Virus record (IMG/VR): IMGVR_UViG_3300013103_000007 | Length of the DNA stretch: 64,000 nt | Reading direction: 5' to 3' (one strand) | Origin: an uncultured virus (IMG/VR IMGVR_UViG_3300013103_000007) | Lineage: Duplodnaviria > Heunggongvirae > Uroviricota > Caudoviricetes | Shown: positions 60,824-64,000 of the stretch, piece by piece | Layout of the letters: each line of letters opens with the position of its first letter | How positions within the stretch are numbered: position 1 is the stretch's first letter | Translations under genes and position numbers: made by a program | Notes under the pieces: generated by a model | Database searches by the model: none | What the model was told of the DNA's origin: nothing | The model's input: only the letters and a program-made list of their open reading frames with translations

Positions 60824-60866
60824 AATTAATATGGCTGGGTGGTATATCATGTCCAGCCATATTAAT
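60824..60866 (+). terminator. Hairpin terminator
   Basis: AATTAATATGGCTGG...CCAGCCATATTAATT followed by GTTTTT. Confidence 0.7.
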
Positions 60867-61021
60867 TGTTTTTACCCCCTCCTTCCGACATCTTTCTGTA
60901 ATACCCCCCATACGTTCAAACAATTTAACTATATATATTATTATCTAATACAATACACCCAATAATTTGAAATTTTATTATGCGGAGATACTCAATGAAA
61001 AAATATTAAATAGGAGATAAA

Positions 61022-61282
61022 ATGTTTGATCCATATAAAAATTTATCAGATAACGAAATTTTATTTCAAATATTTAATTATATTGAACCAAAATTTAAAT
61101 CTAACCGCAGATTTAAATTATTAGCCCCATGTAAAAAAACAGTTCCTAGATATACAATCAGTCAATTGGCTGTTGAATATGAAAGAAGAACTGGGTTACA
61201 ATTATCAGCTAGTGTGTATGTAAATCTTTTTGAGCAGCATAAAAAACGGTGGGAGGAATGGAAAATAAAAAAGAAAAAATAA
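61022..61282 (+). CDS. Hypothetical protein
   Basis: ORF with AGGAG RBS. Confidence 0.6.
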   Translation: MFDPYKNLSDNEILFQIFNYIEPKFKSNRRFKLLAPCKKTVPRYTISQLAVEYERRTGLQLSASVYVNLFEQHKKRWEEWKIKKKK

Positions 61283-61375
61283 ATAGTGATATATTATGTT
61301 GTAATGAGTGTGCCTTATTAAACCCAATGCAACCATGTGAAGCATGTCCGAATAACCCAAACCAAGGAGAAAAAA

Positions 61376-61657
61376 ATGATAGGTTTGTTAGAGATAGAAT
61401 TAATTGTGGAACAATTAAATACGGAGATTTATACGCAGATTGAACATGATGAAGTAATGGTTACAGTTACTTCAACAGGGTTCGGTATTATGATTAATTT
61501 TTTGAATATTGAATTATGGAATTCGGAAGATGATGGACGCAGTTATCTTGATGAAGAAAATGATATAATGGAAGATTTGGAAATGTATTTACGTAGTCGT
61601 ATTGTTGAAGAAATCAATGTTATTTCAACAATTGACTTGGGTATAGATATAGTGTAA
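61376..61657 (+). CDS. Hypothetical acidic protein
   Basis: AAGGAG RBS before MIGLLE within ORF 61337-61657. Confidence 0.55.
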   Translation: MIGLLEIELIVEQLNTEIYTQIEHDEVMVTVTSTGFGIMINFLNIELWNSEDDGRSYLDEENDIMEDLEMYLRSRIVEEINVISTIDLGIDIV

Positions 61658-62178
61658 TGAATAATACAATGAAGGCTGAAATTTACGCTTTTGGTAAACA
61701 TCTTTATCAAAGGCGTAAATATACAAATGAATTATATTTTACACATTTGTATAATGTAGCTGAAATTGTTAGGCAAGTTCCACATATCTCGGATATGATA
61801 GCAGCTGCATTTTTACACGATGTGGTGGAAGATACGGATGCAACCATGGATGATATTAGAAGAATTTTCAATTGGAATATTGCAACTCTTGTTGAAATGC
61901 TAACCGATGTTAGTCGTCCAGCAGATGGTAATAGAAAAAGGCGAAAGCGTATTGATTTATTACATACCAAAATTGCAAACCCAGATGCAAAAACAATAAA
62001 ACTAGCAGATTTAATTGATAACAGCAAATCCATAATAATATTTGACCCAAAATTTGCAAAAGTTTATATGGCAGAGAAGAAACTTTTGCTCGAAGTTTTG
62101 AAAGAAGGTGACAATACATTATGGAAAGAGGCTAAACAAATTGTTGATAATTATTACAAGGAGAATAAAGGAGAATAA
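61657..62178 (+). CDS. HD-domain (p)ppGpp hydrolase-like (Mesh1/SAH-type) protein
   Basis: H..QRRK....YFTH, AAFLHDVVEDT, IKLADLIDN. Confidence 0.85.
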   Translation: MNNTMKAEIYAFGKHLYQRRKYTNELYFTHLYNVAEIVRQVPHISDMIAAAFLHDVVEDTDATMDDIRRIFNWNIATLVEMLTDVSRPADGNRKRRKRIDLLHTKIANPDAKTIKLADLIDNSKSIIIFDPKFAKVYMAEKKLLLEVLKEGDNTLWKEAKQIVDNYYKENKGE

Positions 62179-62724
62179 ATGTTATTAGAGAATGAAAATA
62201 ATATCATGGTTGATATAGAAACAATGGATCTTTCAACAAATGCAGCTATTGTTTCTATAGGTGCGGTTAGATTTTCAAAAGATGGAATTGTTGATACATT
62301 TCATCTTCCTGTATCATTAAAAAGTTCCATGAAAGTTGGGCTTAAAATTTCATCAGAAACTATTATGTGGTGGCTAAAACAAGATCAAAATACATCTGCA
62401 TTTTTTGTTGACGCAAAGGACACCTTGCATGGAGTATTGAGGGAATTTAATTATTTTGTTAAAGAAGATTCACAAATATGGGGTAATGGATCTGATTTTG
62501 ATAATGCCATTTTAACCAATGCGTATAAGAAATGTGGTATTGAACCGAAATGGGAATATTATGATAATATGTGTTATCGAACAATTTCAAATTTGTTTAA
62601 ACATTTAGGTGAGGATTATGTACACCCAACGATTCCTCATAATGCATTGGAAGATGCAAGAAGCCAAGCTTTGTATTTAATTAAATTATGTAATCATATT
62701 AATGCGGGTATGCATAGTTTATAG
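62179..62724 (+). CDS. DEDDh 3'-5' exonuclease (ExoVIII/Rv2179c-like)
   Basis: MVDIET, WGNGSDFD, HNALEDA. Confidence 0.88.
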   Translation: MLLENENNIMVDIETMDLSTNAAIVSIGAVRFSKDGIVDTFHLPVSLKSSMKVGLKISSETIMWWLKQDQNTSAFFVDAKDTLHGVLREFNYFVKEDSQIWGNGSDFDNAILTNAYKKCGIEPKWEYYDNMCYRTISNLFKHLGEDYVHPTIPHNALEDARSQALYLIKLCNHINAGMHSL

Positions 62725-62735
62725 GAGTCAGCAAT

Positions 62736-62963
62736 ATGGTGACTAATTATATAAAGAAAAATGAAGATGTTTATGTGTTTGATCTCGATGTTCATGGTAA
62801 TAAAGTTCCACAAAAAGAAATATTTCGCGGGAGTATTTGTAGATATCCTGGGTGTAAAATACCGGTAGCAACTGGACATTATGTTTGTAAAATACATAAG
62901 CCGTGGTTTAAGACTATACGAAAACATGATACACATGAATTAGAATATACAGTAAGACGTTAG
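62736..62963 (+). CDS. Small Cys/His-containing hypothetical protein
   Basis: CRYPGC...CKIH; AGGAG RBS. Confidence 0.55.
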   Translation: MVTNYIKKNEDVYVFDLDVHGNKVPQKEIFRGSICRYPGCKIPVATGHYVCKIHKPWFKTIRKHDTHELEYTVRR

Positions 62964-63003
62964 GCCAAAATTCTTTTAACAATTAAAAACAAGGAGTTGG
63001 TGA

Positions 63004-64000
63004 ATGAATACATCATTATCAGCAGATGGTAAATTTGTAAACGATGAAAAATTATATCAAAATTTCTTAGTTATATTCCAAAATAATTTTGTTTGGCAAA
63101 CACAACAATGTAAAAATCTGTTTAAAACAAAAAGCCAAAATCTATTTGATATTTTTCTGAATAATTTACCTGTCGAAAGTGAAGAAGAAAAACAACATTT
63201 TAATTGTAATGCTTGTCGTTCATTTGTAAATAAATATTGTGGACTGGTTACAGTTGATGATAACGGCATTATAAATCCAGTTTTTTTAAATAGCTCTGGT
63301 ATGTCTGAATATTATAAAACTGCTATTGATGAAATGTATAATTATGTTAGAAAAAGTATTGTCAGCGGAGTTTTTTATACAAATAAAAAGGAATGGGGTC
63401 ACCATATAACTGATGAATGGTCTCATATGGCAATTACACCAGAGAGAAAATTTGTCTATAGAAGTTTGGTTAAAACACCTGGCCAATATTCAGCTGAAAA
63501 ATTGCAAGATTATTTAATGTTAATTGCAGCAATTAAAAAATATCCGGAAGATTCAATTGTTGAAGTAATAAAAGTTTTAACAACAAATCAGCTTATGCGT
63601 AGCGAAAAATTTATGACAAGCGCAAGTTGGTTTCTGGGTATTCATAAGGTTATTGGTGACATGGGAAAACGTGAAACCAGTAATTATTTATGGAAAGTTG
63701 TAGCTGAAGCACCTGTTGGGTTTTGTCATATCAGTTCATCTATGCTAGGGACATTATTGGATGGTATTAAAGAAGGTTTGTCATTTAGTCGAATTAAAGA
63801 ATCATTCAATGAAAAAATGGATCCGACCCAATATCAACGGCCACAAACCCCCCCGTCAGTAGGTAATATTGACCAGGCTGAAAAAATTGTAGCTGATTTG
63901 GGGATTGAAAAATCTTTATTGCGTAAATATGCAAAAGCTGATGAAGTTATTGGTGCGTCATTTTGGGTGTCAACACGGTGCCCTGATTGTAATGAAAAGG
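63004..64000 (+). CDS. Phage hypothetical protein, truncated by window end (not in ORF track)
   Basis: AAGGAG RBS; MNTSLSADGK...QHFNCNACRSFV... appears open to the window edge. Confidence 0.7.
   Translation, partial: MNTSLSADGKFVNDEKLYQNFLVIFQNNFVWQTQQCKNLFKTKSQNLFDIFLNNLPVESEEEKQHFNCNACRSFVNKYCGLVTVDDNGIINPVFLNSSGMSEYYKTAIDEMYNYVRKSIVSGVFYTNKKEWGHHITDEWSHMAITPERKFVYRSLVKTPGQYSAEKLQDYLMLIAAIKKYPEDSIVEVIKVLTTNQLMRSEKFMTSASWFLGIHKVIGDMGKRETSNYLWKVVAEAPVGFCHISSSMLGTLLDGIKEGLSFSRIKESFNEKMDPTQYQRPQTPPSVGNIDQAEKIVADLGIEKSLLRKYAKADEVIGASFWVSTRCPDCNEK

Noticed and set aside
2048..60940. Archaeal virus origin suggested by TATA-like motifs
   Set aside because: Peptidoglycan transglycosylase, bacterial-type initiator tRNA, rho-independent terminators and a T4-like head module point to a bacterial host
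63057..63486. Two short minus-strand ORFs
   Set aside because: Antisense to the long plus-strand ORF starting at 63004 that runs off the window
1..64000. Stop-codon reassignment
   Set aside because: Core genes are full length in the standard code and TAG/TGA occur as normal gene ends

Overview
AT-rich 64 kb segment of a large tailed bacteriophage with a T4-like head module: scaffold-like protein, portal, prohead protease and gp23-like major capsid. It also carries three tRNAs, a TGT/DpdA-like protein, DnaB-like and RecD2-like helicases, a minus-strand accessory block and a long tail/fibre region. The standout is at 27782-30495. A 44-unit, 36-nt dual-repeat/dual-spacer array (9-nt repeat, 9-nt spacer, 9-nt repeat, 9-nt spacer) lies directly downstream of a Nop/IS110-RNA-binding-domain gene with no visible nuclease domain. 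This is the architecture of a TIGR-Tas (TasA-like) RNA-guided system. Other notable items: (1) a cluster pairing two Asn/Asp/Ser/His-rich repeat proteins with two radical SAM/SPASM enzymes and a glycosyltransferase; (2) a candidate structured ncRNA at about 25980-26180; (3) two recurrent promoter-like motifs (GAACATA and CTATATATATTA); (4) a tRNA-like element. All calls come from reading motifs by eye; no database searches were run.
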